Source: SAR202 cluster bacterium (GTDB lineage Bacteria; Chloroflexota; Dehalococcoidia; Lucifugimonadales; UBA3495). From it: 64,000 nucleotides of DNA. This document shows positions 1 through 13,621 of the stretch, piece after piece (within the stretch, counting starts at the first letter, position 1; each line of letters opens with the position of its first letter). Below the pieces are notes generated by a model. The model was not told the origin of the DNA, searched no databases, and saw nothing but the letters and a program-made list of their open reading frames with translations. The stretch covers positions 6,992 to 70,991 of the forward strand of contig JABMNL010000003.1 in assembly GCA_013204585.1 (NCBI GenBank). Direction: 5' to 3'. The translations under genes and the position numbers were made by a program.

Positions 1-7
1 GGCAATT

Positions 8-3000
8 TTGTTCATAACGGCGGTAGGAGCGATAATCACTATTGTGGTCTTATCGGTTATCGCTCCGTCTGCATTGTCAGGCCGTAGCGACACCGGCACA
101 ACAAGCGCCAGCCCGATAAGCGGGTTAACAGCGGAACAAGTCACCGGACGAATCACGTCAATCAAAACCGATGTCCTTGGCGGATTTGTCGGCGGCAGAG
201 GCACACACTGGAAGGTGTCTTGGAAGCTGATTAAAAACCGCCCATGGTTCGCATTCAATGACCTCAGTCTATCTTGGCTTAGGCCCTTCATCGGCTACGG
301 CCCAGACCTATTTCGGTATACTTATCTTCTCGAAAGCCCGCCAGAAGATTTCGGCCTCCTCCCGCTTGAACCGGATCATGCCCACAATTTCTTTATCCAC
401 CAAACCGTTGAACAGGGGTTTATCGGTGGACTTGCGTCCATAGCGCTCTTCGTCTCGGTCTTCGGGGTCGTCGGACACCTCATTATATTTCGACTCACAA
501 CTGGCAGCCCGATATTCCGACTGCTTCTCTTTGGCATGATGGCCATCATCATTGGCCGATTCTTGGAAATGATGGTGGGCGTTGCGCGGATTTCCGACCT
601 TACCGTCCTTTGGGTAATCTTTGGGTTATTTGCCGCCACGGTAAGTTTTGATGCCGGACACCAAGAAGAGACCAATTCTGCTGCGAATCAGTCTCCTAAA
701 CCGAAGAGTCTCAGAAGAAAACGTGGAGCCGCAAGATCGTCAGCAAATCAATCCTTCGGCTCCGCCTTGATGTTCAGGTTGGCAATAGTGGCTTGGCTGG
801 TCGGTGGCATTGGCGTCGTGACTTGGCAAAAAAGCATCAATTCCGTCCGCGCATCGATTGCTGAAGGCCAGGCTCTCGAACATTTTCGGAACGGCAATCT
901 AGAAAGTACGCTAAAAGAACTCGATAAAGCTATCAAATTAGCTCCCGGGGTTCCCAATTACTACAACAACCGAGCACAACTATTCCTGGCCTATCAACTC
1001 CGGCCTGGGCTGTTCACGGAACCAGGCTGTAATCAACAAACCGAACTTCCATACCTGACGTGCCTTGGTGTCAAAAGCCTAGAATCCAACCTTGAATCAG
1101 TACGTCAACAGCCATTTAATTTCCGTACCAGGATTGCCGCTGGAAATTCGGCCTTCAACTTGCAATTGAATAATTCTGCCATGGAGTCCTACGCCATTGC
1201 CTCGAATATGGTGCCAAACTCCTGGATAATGCGGAACGACTTGGCAGAAGCCCAAATTGAACTCGGTCTATACAACGAAGCTTTGTCGGAATTGGATTGG
1301 TCATTGGGAATCACAGGAGATTCACCAGCACGGACGCCTCCTGCGTTATACCTCAAAGGCAAAGCGCTAAAGGGACTCGGGCAGCTTGATGATGCCCTAA
1401 GCACACTCAAATATAGCCTATCCATGTCGACATATGGTGAAGTGCATGCGATGGTTACCCTAGATTTGATTCGTGAAATTAATGATGAGCTAGGAGTAAC
1501 TCTTGATACTGGCTATTTCGACAGGGAAATCAAGAACAACCCTCAGGATGAGCTGGCATATTACCTTAGAGGGATTGCCCACCTAACACTCGGTAATACT
1601 GAACTGGCCATCTCCGACATCGAAACTAGCATCAGTCTTGGCTTTACCCTAGCCGAAGCACGTGCAAACCTAGGCTATTCTCGATTCAGAGTCGGCGATT
1701 CTTTAGGTGCGGGCGGCGAAATATATGCGGCGTTGAATTCAGAGCCGCAAAATGCTTTGTTCAATGCCTACCAGGGCGAGTTCCAGATGTCACATAAGAA
1801 TTACTCGCAGGCCTTACAATACCTGGACAAAGCGAACACACTAAACCCTGAACTTGGGCTAGCGTATTTGGTTCGTGCCAAGATTTACCTTTCTTTGGGA
1901 CTGGCCGAAACAGCGAAAGAAGTCTTAGAAACTTCGGCAAAATTGAAGCTTCCAACCGCCCTAGACTACGTTGACCGCGGGAATATATACGTCTTTTTCG
2001 GCGGCTATGATTTGGCGTTCGCCGACCTAAACGAAGCGATTCGCATTAACCCAAATAAGGCAATGTTTTACGATGCTCGGGCTAAGGCGCATGCGAACTT
2101 TAGTGACTTTAGAGCAGCCCTAGAGGATTTCAATACTGCTATTCAACTAGACCCAGCTAATTCCGGGTATTTCATTAACCGGGGAGTTGTATACGAACTC
2201 CTTGGCGAAACTGAACGTTCCTTAGGCGATTTTGAGGCTGCCAAAGCATTCGGTACAGTAGACGTTCCACCAGTTGACGAACGCAATTCATTTTATTTTG
2301 CCGTTTACACTGATTCAACGTCCTCTAGTTTGGATGCCAAGCTAGTTCTCAAATTACAATTCGAAGGCCAAGCTCTTAAGGACATTGAATATCATTCGGC
2401 TATTCTTCCCAATAATCCTAATTATCCCGCCTCGTTACAGTTCATTGGCCAGGCACAACTTGAGTTAGAGATGTGGCAGGCGGCAATCCAGAGTTTTTCC
2501 AACCTAATAGCCAGAGCGCCTACTGTGCCGGAACTATACAGAGCCAGAGGGAATGCATATCTGGCTTTAAAGCGCAATAACGAAGCAATGAGCGATTTCT
2601 TCCAAGCGGTCTCATTAAATAATTTGGATAGCGTGAATTTCTTAGCTATAGGACGCGGTTACGCCGAGAACGGCGATTATGATTTAGCACGAGTCGACTT
2701 CACTGCGGCAATCCAATTAAATCCAAATTCATCCGACGCGTATGCATCTCGGGGTTACCTTTCAGTTCAAGAAGGAAATTATTCCTTGGCTTTTACAGAC
2801 ATTGACCGTGCAATAGAAATCTCTCCGAACAACCCCGATGCTTATTTTAAAAGAGCGAAAGCGCACATTGGACTTGGCGAAACGTCACTCGCATTGAATG
2901 ACTTGGATCAAGCGATAAATCTGGCACCAATAAATACTGACTACCTGTACAGGCGAGGGTTACTACGCTATGAATTGGCTGAATTCGATACAGCGATAGA

Positions 3001-3262
3001 GGATTTCAGCGAAGCGATTGCGTTGAAAGAAGAGTTTGCCTACACTGACCCACGACATGCGAAACCGTTTGTTAATCGGGGAAAAATCTACCTCGAGACT
3101 GGGAAACCAGACCAGGCTCTGAATGATGCGAAAAGCTCAATCGAACTTCTTGAAAATAATTTCAATTCGCCAGGGTGGGACAACCGCAGGCCAGAAGTAG
3201 TTCTTTTACTGGCCGACGCCTATCAGCTCCTCGATGACTCAAATGCCAAATTAGGGCAATAA
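8..3262 (+). CDS. O-antigen ligase (Wzy_C)-like polytopic membrane domain fused to a ~800-aa TPR-repeat array; the 5' end probably lies outside the window
   Basis: The hydrophobic N-terminal third carries the O-antigen-ligase-type motif PLEPDHAHNFFIHQTVEQGFIGG. From about aa 290 onward there are many consecutive 34-aa TPR-like units (e.g. AYYLRGIAHLTLGNTELAISDIETSISL, AMFYDARAKAHANFSDFRAALEDFNTAIQLDP). The ORF opens at base 8 with TTG, so the true start is unknown. Confidence 0.7.
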   Translation: MFITAVGAIITIVVLSVIAPSALSGRSDTGTTSASPISGLTAEQVTGRITSIKTDVLGGFVGGRGTHWKVSWKLIKNRPWFAFNDLSLSWLRPFIGYGPDLFRYTYLLESPPEDFGLLPLEPDHAHNFFIHQTVEQGFIGGLASIALFVSVFGVVGHLIIFRLTTGSPIFRLLLFGMMAIIIGRFLEMMVGVARISDLTVLWVIFGLFAATVSFDAGHQEETNSAANQSPKPKSLRRKRGAARSSANQSFGSALMFRLAIVAWLVGGIGVVTWQKSINSVRASIAEGQALEHFRNGNLESTLKELDKAIKLAPGVPNYYNNRAQLFLAYQLRPGLFTEPGCNQQTELPYLTCLGVKSLESNLESVRQQPFNFRTRIAAGNSAFNLQLNNSAMESYAIASNMVPNSWIMRNDLAEAQIELGLYNEALSELDWSLGITGDSPARTPPALYLKGKALKGLGQLDDALSTLKYSLSMSTYGEVHAMVTLDLIREINDELGVTLDTGYFDREIKNNPQDELAYYLRGIAHLTLGNTELAISDIETSISLGFTLAEARANLGYSRFRVGDSLGAGGEIYAALNSEPQNALFNAYQGEFQMSHKNYSQALQYLDKANTLNPELGLAYLVRAKIYLSLGLAETAKEVLETSAKLKLPTALDYVDRGNIYVFFGGYDLAFADLNEAIRINPNKAMFYDARAKAHANFSDFRAALEDFNTAIQLDPANSGYFINRGVVYELLGETERSLGDFEAAKAFGTVDVPPVDERNSFYFAVYTDSTSSSLDAKLVLKLQFEGQALKDIEYHSAILPNNPNYPASLQFIGQAQLELEMWQAAIQSFSNLIARAPTVPELYRARGNAYLALKRNNEAMSDFFQAVSLNNLDSVNFLAIGRGYAENGDYDLARVDFTAAIQLNPNSSDAYASRGYLSVQEGNYSLAFTDIDRAIEISPNNPDAYFKRAKAHIGLGETSLALNDLDQAINLAPINTDYLYRRGLLRYELAEFDTAIEDFSEAIALKEEFAYTDPRHAKPFVNRGKIYLETGKPDQALNDAKSSIELLENNFNSPGWDNRRPEVVLLLADAYQLLDDSNAKLGQ

Positions 3263-3373
3263 ATCAGCAGAATATCGGTAGGCCAATCGACTCGCATCGA
3301 TTTGCGAAGCCACCGGATTGCTACCATATATGACAACTTTAATTCGCCAATTGTCCGCCCACAGCCACGCCCA

Positions 3374-3565
3374 TTGGGCTCAATAAGGCACTCTGCCATC
3401 TCGGCTGGCATCGGCGCAAGGGTCTGGGGTATTACTGGTTCTCCCACCGCCGGAGCGGTAGCGCTCGGAGTTGGGGTGCTGACCGATGTTGACCACATCT
3501 TTGATTTCTACCAATGGTACGAGCGCAAGATAGAACCTTGGTTTTGTTCTATAATCAGCGACTGA
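3374..3565 (+). pseudogene. possible remnant of a DUF457/YdjM-type membrane-bound metal-dependent hydrolase (about 63 codons only)
   Basis: Lies inside ORF 3302..3565. From TTG 3374 it reads LGSIRHSAISAGIG...VLTDVDHIFD, like the N-terminal His/TM and DxDH segment of YdjM-like proteins, but it stops after about one third of the usual length. By-eye similarity only. Confidence 0.25.
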
Positions 3566-3592
3566 ACACAACCTAGGCCTCTGTTACCAATC

Positions 3593-3635
3593 AAATGGGT
3601 CTGGCGGTTTAACCGCCAGACCCATTTTTGTTTTT
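3593..3635 (+). terminator. rho-independent terminator
   Basis: A perfect inverted repeat aaatgggtctggcgg / ccgccagacccattt with a short loop is followed by tttttgttttt. Confidence 0.75.
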
Positions 3636-3714
3636 CAAAGGCATTCTGGATTTCTTAATCCACTGCTAATGAACGACGCCCGTAGAGGGAACCCGCCACG
3701 AGCGTATATTATAA

Positions 3715-7778
<4,064 letters not shown>

Positions 7779-7780
7779 TC

Positions 7781-8350
7781 ATGTTCATTATTGTTGGACT
7801 CGGGAACCCTGGCACCAAATACAATGCGACAAGGCACAATGTGGGATTCCGGTTCATCGATCTCTTGGCCAAGCGGGCTGAAATAAAGTTGAATGAGCGC
7901 CGGGCCAAAGTCGTGTTGGGACAGGGACGAATTGCTGGACAGGATGTAGTCCTGGCCAAGCCTCGAACTTTCATGAACAACAGCGGAGAAGGAATCGAAT
8001 ACCTGATAGCCCGGTTCGGTGGTCCACCTTCCAATCTGCTGGTGGTCTACGACGAAATGGCCTTGCCTGTGGGACGAATTAGACTGAGGGCGGCTGGCAG
8101 TCACGCCGGTCACAATGGCATTCGTTCAATCATAAATTCTCTGCACACTGAAGAATTCCCTCGTTTGAGGATTGGAGTCGGGCAACCTTCCCAGGGCGGG
8201 GCATCCATTCCCTATGTGCTAGGTAAGTTCAGCAAAGAAGAAGAACCGCTCCTCGCCAAGACGCTTCAAGACTCTGCCGATGCTGTGCAATGCATGCTGG
8301 AAGAGACCATCGACATTGCAATGAACCGCTATAACATCGTTGGCAATTAA
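7781..8350 (+). CDS. pth: peptidyl-tRNA hydrolase
   Basis: 189 aa with the N-terminus MFIIVGLGNPGTKYNATRHNVGF and the HAGHNGIRS motif typical of Pth. Confidence 0.95.
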   Translation: MFIIVGLGNPGTKYNATRHNVGFRFIDLLAKRAEIKLNERRAKVVLGQGRIAGQDVVLAKPRTFMNNSGEGIEYLIARFGGPPSNLLVVYDEMALPVGRIRLRAAGSHAGHNGIRSIINSLHTEEFPRLRIGVGQPSQGGASIPYVLGKFSKEEEPLLAKTLQDSADAVQCMLEETIDIAMNRYNIVGN

Positions 8351-8376
8351 GCAGTGCTCACCTTAGGCCGCCTCGT

Positions 8377-10359
8377 ATGTTCTCCGATTCGCTACAACCC
8401 ATGAGCCGTTTATTCCTGCTCGTCCTACTCTCGGTGATTACCAGCTTGGCCGCGTGTAATAGACCGTACGGGGATGAATTGACTGTTTCTAGCCCAGCGC
8501 TGATCCCATTGTCAGAAAATGCGCCCGTCACCAAAGAGCCTGAAGCCACCCCCCAACCAACCCCTGTCAAAACATATAGGCCCCGACAATTCAGCGATGC
8601 GCCAGACCGGGACCTTTTCCGGCTAACCCAAGAACTTGTGCCCGGAAGTAGTGATATTTCCAGGACTGTTGATGGGGTCTACACAGAGCTAAAGCCTGGA
8701 CGCACCGACACATTCTGGTTGGTGGATCTCGCAGATACTGTGGCCTACGAAAGCACCTTCGAACTGGCTCTGGTCACTCCCCATGCCTATTGGTATGTCG
8801 AAGATGGCTTAACCATAGACCTGGCTGACCTACAGCGCTCCGCAACCCAGTTCGAAGAAGAAACATATCCGGCGGTAACCCAAGTGTTCGGCAATGAATG
8901 GAACCCTGGGGTCGACAACGACCCTCACCTAAACGTGTTGAATGCCAAACTAAGCGGCGTGGCCGGTTACTTCAGCTCTACTGACGAATACCCAACCGCC
9001 GTTAGACCCCGGAGTAACCAGAGGGAAATCATTTACATGAACGCGGTGAATGTTCCCCCAGGAGGCGCTAACTACGACGAAGTCATAGCCCATGAATTGC
9101 AGCATGCCATCCACTGGAACGCCGACGATTCCGAGGACACCTGGATAAATGAAGGGCTAGCGGAGTTATCGACCAGCATCGTATTCGATAGTCAGTCTTC
9201 CACTAGACAGTTTCTCCGCGCTGGTCCGACATCCTTAATCCACTGGCCCATCGCTCCCGTTGGGGGCATCGCCAGCTACGGGGCATCATCCCTTTTCCTG
9301 CATTTCCTAACCGAGCATTACGGCGGGCGAAGCGACCTCAAGAACTTGATGTCCCAGCCAAATGACGGCATCAACGGCATCAACGGATACTTGGAAAGCC
9401 TGGGTTATGAATCACGTTTTGAAGACGTATTCCGAGAGTGGGCAGCCGCTAATATCTTGGATGGAGACGGAATATTCGGCTATGACGACCTAGATGTAAG
9501 TGTTGCTGTTTCCAAGCGTATTGCTGGATTTGATGAGTTCGAGTCAGAGATTCCCCAATATGCAGTGGAGTACACCGAACTGGAATCCATCTCAGGGCCG
9601 TTCACATTGTCGTTCAAGGGCCCAACCACTGGTCGGCTGCTGCCCGTAGATGTGGGCTCTACTGGGTGTTGGTGGAGCAACTCAGGAGACTCCATCGACA
9701 GCACTCTGACGCGCCGGGTCGGACTTCCGGCAGGCACCACTGGGACTCTGGACTACGAGGTCTGGTTTGAGATTGAAGAGGCCTGGGACTACGCCTACGT
9801 CGAGGCGTCGATTGATGGTGGATCAACCTGGCGAATTATTGAGACTCCGGCAAGCTCTCCAGAGAACCCCATTGGCGCCAGCTTTGGGCCGGGCTACACC
9901 GGCAGTAGTAACCGGCCAGGCAACAATGGTTGGATAAAAGAGTCCGTCGACCTTTCATCGTACGCCGGGACGAATCTTCAAGTCAGGCTTCAATACGTGA
10001 CCGACGACGCCATCAGCGCATCCGGTGCCTGTTTCCGTGGCCTTTCTATTAGCACCCTGGCTCGTAACAAGCTGGATAGAACCTCAGGACTCATAGATAA
10101 CCCGGACGGCATCTATGACTGGCAGGCAAATGGGTTCGTGTTCACCGACAACGTGGTGCGGCAGGACTTCCAAGTACAGTTGATTACCGTAGGAAAAGAG
10201 CCGCTGGTCAGGCAAGTACCGTTGGATGCTACAAACTCGGGGAAATTAACCATCACGCCACCAGTCAATGGGGAACGGTTAATCGTGGCGGTGGGGACAT
10301 TGGCCGAGAAAACCCGGCAACCGACCAGTTATTCCCTCAGGGTCGGGTCGCCGGAATAG
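8377..10359 (+). CDS. secreted lipoprotein zinc metallopeptidase (MA clan, immune-inhibitor-A-like architecture)
   Basis: Signal peptide with the lipobox LAAC; zinc motif HELQHAIHW followed by NEGLAE (HExxH...E). The C-terminal beta-rich domain (WDYAYVEASIDGGSTWRII) resembles the accessory domains of M6-type peptidases. Confidence 0.8.
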   Translation: MFSDSLQPMSRLFLLVLLSVITSLAACNRPYGDELTVSSPALIPLSENAPVTKEPEATPQPTPVKTYRPRQFSDAPDRDLFRLTQELVPGSSDISRTVDGVYTELKPGRTDTFWLVDLADTVAYESTFELALVTPHAYWYVEDGLTIDLADLQRSATQFEEETYPAVTQVFGNEWNPGVDNDPHLNVLNAKLSGVAGYFSSTDEYPTAVRPRSNQREIIYMNAVNVPPGGANYDEVIAHELQHAIHWNADDSEDTWINEGLAELSTSIVFDSQSSTRQFLRAGPTSLIHWPIAPVGGIASYGASSLFLHFLTEHYGGRSDLKNLMSQPNDGINGINGYLESLGYESRFEDVFREWAAANILDGDGIFGYDDLDVSVAVSKRIAGFDEFESEIPQYAVEYTELESISGPFTLSFKGPTTGRLLPVDVGSTGCWWSNSGDSIDSTLTRRVGLPAGTTGTLDYEVWFEIEEAWDYAYVEASIDGGSTWRIIETPASSPENPIGASFGPGYTGSSNRPGNNGWIKESVDLSSYAGTNLQVRLQYVTDDAISASGACFRGLSISTLARNKLDRTSGLIDNPDGIYDWQANGFVFTDNVVRQDFQVQLITVGKEPLVRQVPLDATNSGKLTITPPVNGERLIVAVGTLAEKTRQPTSYSLRVGSPE

Positions 10360-10380
10360 ATCTAATCAAGCGCTGGTCGG

Positions 10381-11718
10381 CTAAAGGATTGGCAAATACC
10401 GTTTGGTCTCGTAATCGGTAACGGTCGCCCGGTACTCGTTCCACTCCATCGTCTTGTTCTGAATCACGCTATGCACGATGTGCTCGCCCAATGATTCCTT
10501 TAGTAACTCGCTATCTTCAGCCAAAACAATGGCCTCACCCAAGCTACCGGGAAGGGGTCGTATGCCCCTGGCATGACGTTCTTCGGTGGACATGGAGAAT
10601 ACATTGCCCTCGACTGGCGGCGGCACCGGGTATTCATTTTCAATACCCTTGAATCCGGCGGCCAGCATTACGCTGAAAGCCAGGTACGGGTTGCAAGCCG
10701 GGTCGGGAGCACGGTATTCCACGCGCATGGAACTGGCGTAGCCAGGCTTGTGGGCGGGCACCCTAATTAGGTCGGACCGACTTACATGGGCCCAGGATAT
10801 AAAAGCTGGAGCTTCGAAGCCAGGCACGAGACGCTTGTAGGAGTTGACCCATTGGTTGGTGATCAGAGTAATCTCTGGAGCGTGGTGCAGGAGACCGGCG
10901 ATGAACCGCTTCCCCGTAATCGACAAATGGTGCTCGTCGTCTGTATCGAAGAAGGCGTTCGTATCGCCTTGGAATAGCGACTGGTGAATATGCATGCCAG
11001 AACCGTTCATGCCCGAGATGGGCTTAGGCATGAACGTTGCATAGGCCGACTGCAATTGCGCCAACTCTTTGATGACCAGCTTAGCGGTCATCACGTTATC
11101 GGCCATGGTCAGGGCGTCGGTATATTGAAGGTCTATCTCGTGTTGACTGTGAGCGCCTTCGTGGTGGGAGTATTTGACCGGTATACCCATGTCAGCCAGG
11201 TTTAATACCGTGTCCCGACGAAGGTCAGCCGCCGGGTAGCTGGAGACTTGGTCGTAATAGCCCTGCTGATCCAGCGGCACGGCAGAATGGGAGTCCTTCA
11301 AATAAAAGAATTCCAACTCTGGGCCTACATAGTAGGTGTGACCACTGGTGGCCAAGCGCTCCAAGTTGCGCTTAAGGGCATAACGCGGGTCGCCAATGAA
11401 CGGTTCTCCTGATGGTGTGCGAATGTCGCAGAACATCCTGGCTACGGCATTCTGCCGCGGACGCCAGGGAAGAATGGTGAATGTCGAAGGGTCCGGAAAG
11501 GCGCGCATATCGCTTTCATCGATACGTGCGAAACCCTCAATGGCGGCCCCATCAAATCCCACACCCTGCTCAATGGCATCTTCCAGGTCCTCCACCGTGA
11601 TGGCGAACCCCTTCAGATGGCCAAGAATGTCGGTAAACCACAGGCGAATGAATTTGACATCATTCTCCCGTGCCGTGCGTACCACGAAGTCTCGCTCCGC
11701 AGCCCGCTCTGCGTCCAT
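10381..11718 (-). CDS. glnA: glutamine synthetase type I (alpha-like, probably not adenylylated)
   Basis: 445 aa with FIRLWFTDILGHLKGFAI, GSGMHIHQSLF and SYKRLVPGFEAP motifs. The position of the adenylylation Tyr reads NVFSM. A GGGAGGA Shine-Dalgarno is present. Confidence 0.95.
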   Translation of the reverse strand: MDAERAAERDFVVRTARENDVKFIRLWFTDILGHLKGFAITVEDLEDAIEQGVGFDGAAIEGFARIDESDMRAFPDPSTFTILPWRPRQNAVARMFCDIRTPSGEPFIGDPRYALKRNLERLATSGHTYYVGPELEFFYLKDSHSAVPLDQQGYYDQVSSYPAADLRRDTVLNLADMGIPVKYSHHEGAHSQHEIDLQYTDALTMADNVMTAKLVIKELAQLQSAYATFMPKPISGMNGSGMHIHQSLFQGDTNAFFDTDDEHHLSITGKRFIAGLLHHAPEITLITNQWVNSYKRLVPGFEAPAFISWAHVSRSDLIRVPAHKPGYASSMRVEYRAPDPACNPYLAFSVMLAAGFKGIENEYPVPPPVEGNVFSMSTEERHARGIRPLPGSLGEAIVLAEDSELLKESLGEHIVHSVIQNKTMEWNEYRATVTDYETKRYLPIL

Positions 11719-11748
11719 ATCCGTCCTCCCAGACCGATGCTTTTTGTT

Positions 11749-11761
11749 CTTAGTTACTAAG
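11749..11761. promoter_or_regulatory. 13-bp perfect palindrome CTTAGTtACTAAG about 31 nt upstream of the glnA start
   Basis: Read directly from the sequence. It contains the GTTAC/GTAAC-like half-site also found upstream of both amt genes. Confidence 0.25.
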
Positions 11762-11872
11762 TATACCGGCTTTGACGCCGATTAATACCGCTGTAAAGAG
11801 AGCGGCGGGCAGGTCTGACCACCTCAGACGTCCTTGCCCGCTAACTAAACTATCTAGAAATTAGGCTGTGGA

Positions 11873-13084
11873 CTAAGGCTCGAAAGCAGGTTCTCCGTGC
11901 TCGGAGATATCCAGTCCCGTGCCCTCGCTTGCCTCATCAACGCTGATGCCAATGGTGTACTTCAGAGCCAGCATGATGGCCCCGGTGACCACGAACGACC
12001 AGCCACCAGCAGCGCCGATACCGATAAGCTGATCGACAATCTGTTCACCACGGCTCACGCCGTCGCCCAAGGCTGCGTAGCCAACGCCCACGAATAAGCC
12101 GGTGGCCAACGCTCCCCAGACTCCGCCAATCCCATGAACGCCGAAGACAGCCAAAGCGTCATCGACCTTCAAGCGGTACAGCAATTTGACCGCGCTGTAG
12201 CAAAAGACGCCAGCGCCCAAACCGATGACCAGAGCGGGCATCGGCCCGACAAAACCAGCGGCCGGTGTAATGGCCACCAGACCGGCAACCGCGCCGGATG
12301 CCGCACCAACTGCGCTGGGTTTCTTGTCTATCATCCAGGACATTACTAGCCAAGAAATCATACCCGCCGCAGCAGCTGTGTTGGTCACCACGAAGGCGTT
12401 GGTAGCCACGCCGTCGGCAGATAGACTGCTTCCTGCGTTGAACCCAAACCAGCCAAACCAGAGTAGGCCAGCGCCCAGAACGACCATCGGCACGTTGGCC
12501 GGACCCATGGGCTGTTCCAAGAACCCAATCCTGCGACCGATAACCAGGGCCGCAGCCAGCGCTCCGACTCCAGCGCTAATGTGGACGACTGTCCCACCTG
12601 CGAAGTCCAAGGCGTTTGTCTCCGTCCCTATCCAGCCGCCACCCCAGACCCAGTGGGCCAGCGGGGCGTAGACGATGGTCACCCACAACACTATGAAGAT
12701 ACATAGTGCGCTGAACTTCATCCGTTCGGCGAAGGCACCGGTGACTAGCGCCGGGGTGATGATGGCAAACATGGCCTGGAATATCATGAATGCCTGATGG
12801 GGAATATTGTCCGAGTAGGGTCCAGGAGCGTCAGCCGAGACCCCCTTCAAACCGATCCAATCCAGATTTCCAATGAAACCGCCAACATCTGGGCCGAAGG
12901 CCAAGCTGTAGCCCCAGAGAACCCAGACAATTCCGACCAACCCCATGCTTACGAAGCTGTACATGATGGTCGAAACGATGTTTTTCTTGCGGACCAAACC
13001 GCTGTAGAAAAACGCAACTCCCGGCGTCATCAGCAATACCAGGGCTGAAGCCGCCAGAACCCAAGCCGTATCTCCCGTATTCAT
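11873..13084 (-). CDS. amt: ammonium transporter (Amt family), copy 1
   Basis: 403 aa, about 11 TM helices, Amt signatures FAFGP.., DFAGGTVVHISAG, FGWFGFNAGS and VHGIGGVWGAL. Confidence 0.95.
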   Translation of the reverse strand: MNTGDTAWVLAASALVLLMTPGVAFFYSGLVRKKNIVSTIMYSFVSMGLVGIVWVLWGYSLAFGPDVGGFIGNLDWIGLKGVSADAPGPYSDNIPHQAFMIFQAMFAIITPALVTGAFAERMKFSALCIFIVLWVTIVYAPLAHWVWGGGWIGTETNALDFAGGTVVHISAGVGALAAALVIGRRIGFLEQPMGPANVPMVVLGAGLLWFGWFGFNAGSSLSADGVATNAFVVTNTAAAAGMISWLVMSWMIDKKPSAVGAASGAVAGLVAITPAAGFVGPMPALVIGLGAGVFCYSAVKLLYRLKVDDALAVFGVHGIGGVWGALATGLFVGVGYAALGDGVSRGEQIVDQLIGIGAAGGWSFVVTGAIMLALKYTIGISVDEASEGTGLDISEHGEPAFEP

Positions 13085-13119
13085 CCTAGTTACACCGCCG
13101 TCGTTTTTATTTAGACAAT

Positions 13120-13163
13120 AAACAATCCATGCTACTGTGCCTTGCGGCTAGCATGGATTGTTT
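13120..13163. promoter_or_regulatory. perfect 15-bp inverted repeat (aaacaatccatgcta N14 tagcatggattgttt) in the amt copy-1 leader
   Basis: The arms are 13120..13134 and 13149..13163, ending 36 nt upstream of the start codon. No U-tract follows on the coding (minus) strand, so it is not a standard terminator. Confidence 0.4.
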
Positions 13164-13356
13164 GGTCTAACCTATTTAAGCGCTATGTGCCGGGCCGGAA
13201 CCCAAGCGCGCATTATGAATTTCGGGCTACTTGCGGAGGAACAGCCGCGGAAGAACTACCCACGCCCCGAACAATCCTACAAAAGCTCCTGCTGCTGCTA
13301 GTGCTATCATCGGTCCCGTCCTCCGCTTTAGTATTCTCTTAGTTTGCCTTTCACTT

Positions 13357-13394
13357 GTTACAGATCATTTGCGTAGATGTTAAATGTTTGTTAC
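13357..13394 (-). promoter_or_regulatory. phased GTTAC/GTTAA pentamers (13357, 13379, 13390; 11-bp register) upstream of amt copy 1
   Basis: GTTAC 13357..13361, GTTAA 13379..13383 and GTTAC 13390..13394 fall at spacings of 22 and 11 bp. An extra GTTAC sits at 13452..13456. Confidence 0.35.
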
Positions 13395-13477
13395 ATCCCC
13401 ACCCGACTTGAGCGTGGGTGTTGCCAATCTAGTCCCAATTTGCCCGCGAATGTTACAAACGAGTCCAGCGGGTCCGG

Positions 13478-13513
13478 AGAAAACCGCCAGAGGAACGACG
13501 GACCCTCTGGCGG
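13478..13513 (-). terminator. rho-independent terminator of amt copy 2
   Basis: A 10-bp stem ccgccagagg / cctctggcgg (13484..13493 and 13504..13513) is followed on the minus strand by TTTTCTCC. Confidence 0.7.
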
Positions 13514-13621
13514 CGTCTCCGGGTGATGGGATTACCGTGCCGTCACTGCCCTACACCCCATTCCGCGGGGGCACGGAATTCAAAAGTCCAATGGAGTAGC
13601 AACGTCAGTTAAGCTAATGAA

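Noticed and set aside
3302-3373. The full 87-aa track ORF 3302..3565 as a genuine gene
   Set aside because: Only the C-terminal two thirds resembles anything (the YdjM/DUF457 N-terminus). The first 24 codons are Arg/Pro-rich with no Shine-Dalgarno. I kept it only as a low-confidence gene remnant.
13142-13599. ORFs 13142..13342 (+) and 13384..13599 (+) in the amt-amt spacer, considered as a possible missing small gene (e.g. PII)
   Set aside because: They show no similarity to PII (no T-loop or YRG motif), lack a Shine-Dalgarno, lie opposite to the flanking operon direction, and overlap the terminator and promoter elements of the amt genes.
13085-13621. Glutamine riboswitch (glnA RNA motif) in the amt leaders, and a cobalamin riboswitch upstream of the mutase cluster (32963..34133)
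   Set aside because: I could not find the conserved ACGGAAG-type core of the glutamine riboswitch or a B12-box-like element on the relevant strands. This was checked only by eye, so a covariance-model scan (Rfam/Infernal) would be decisive.
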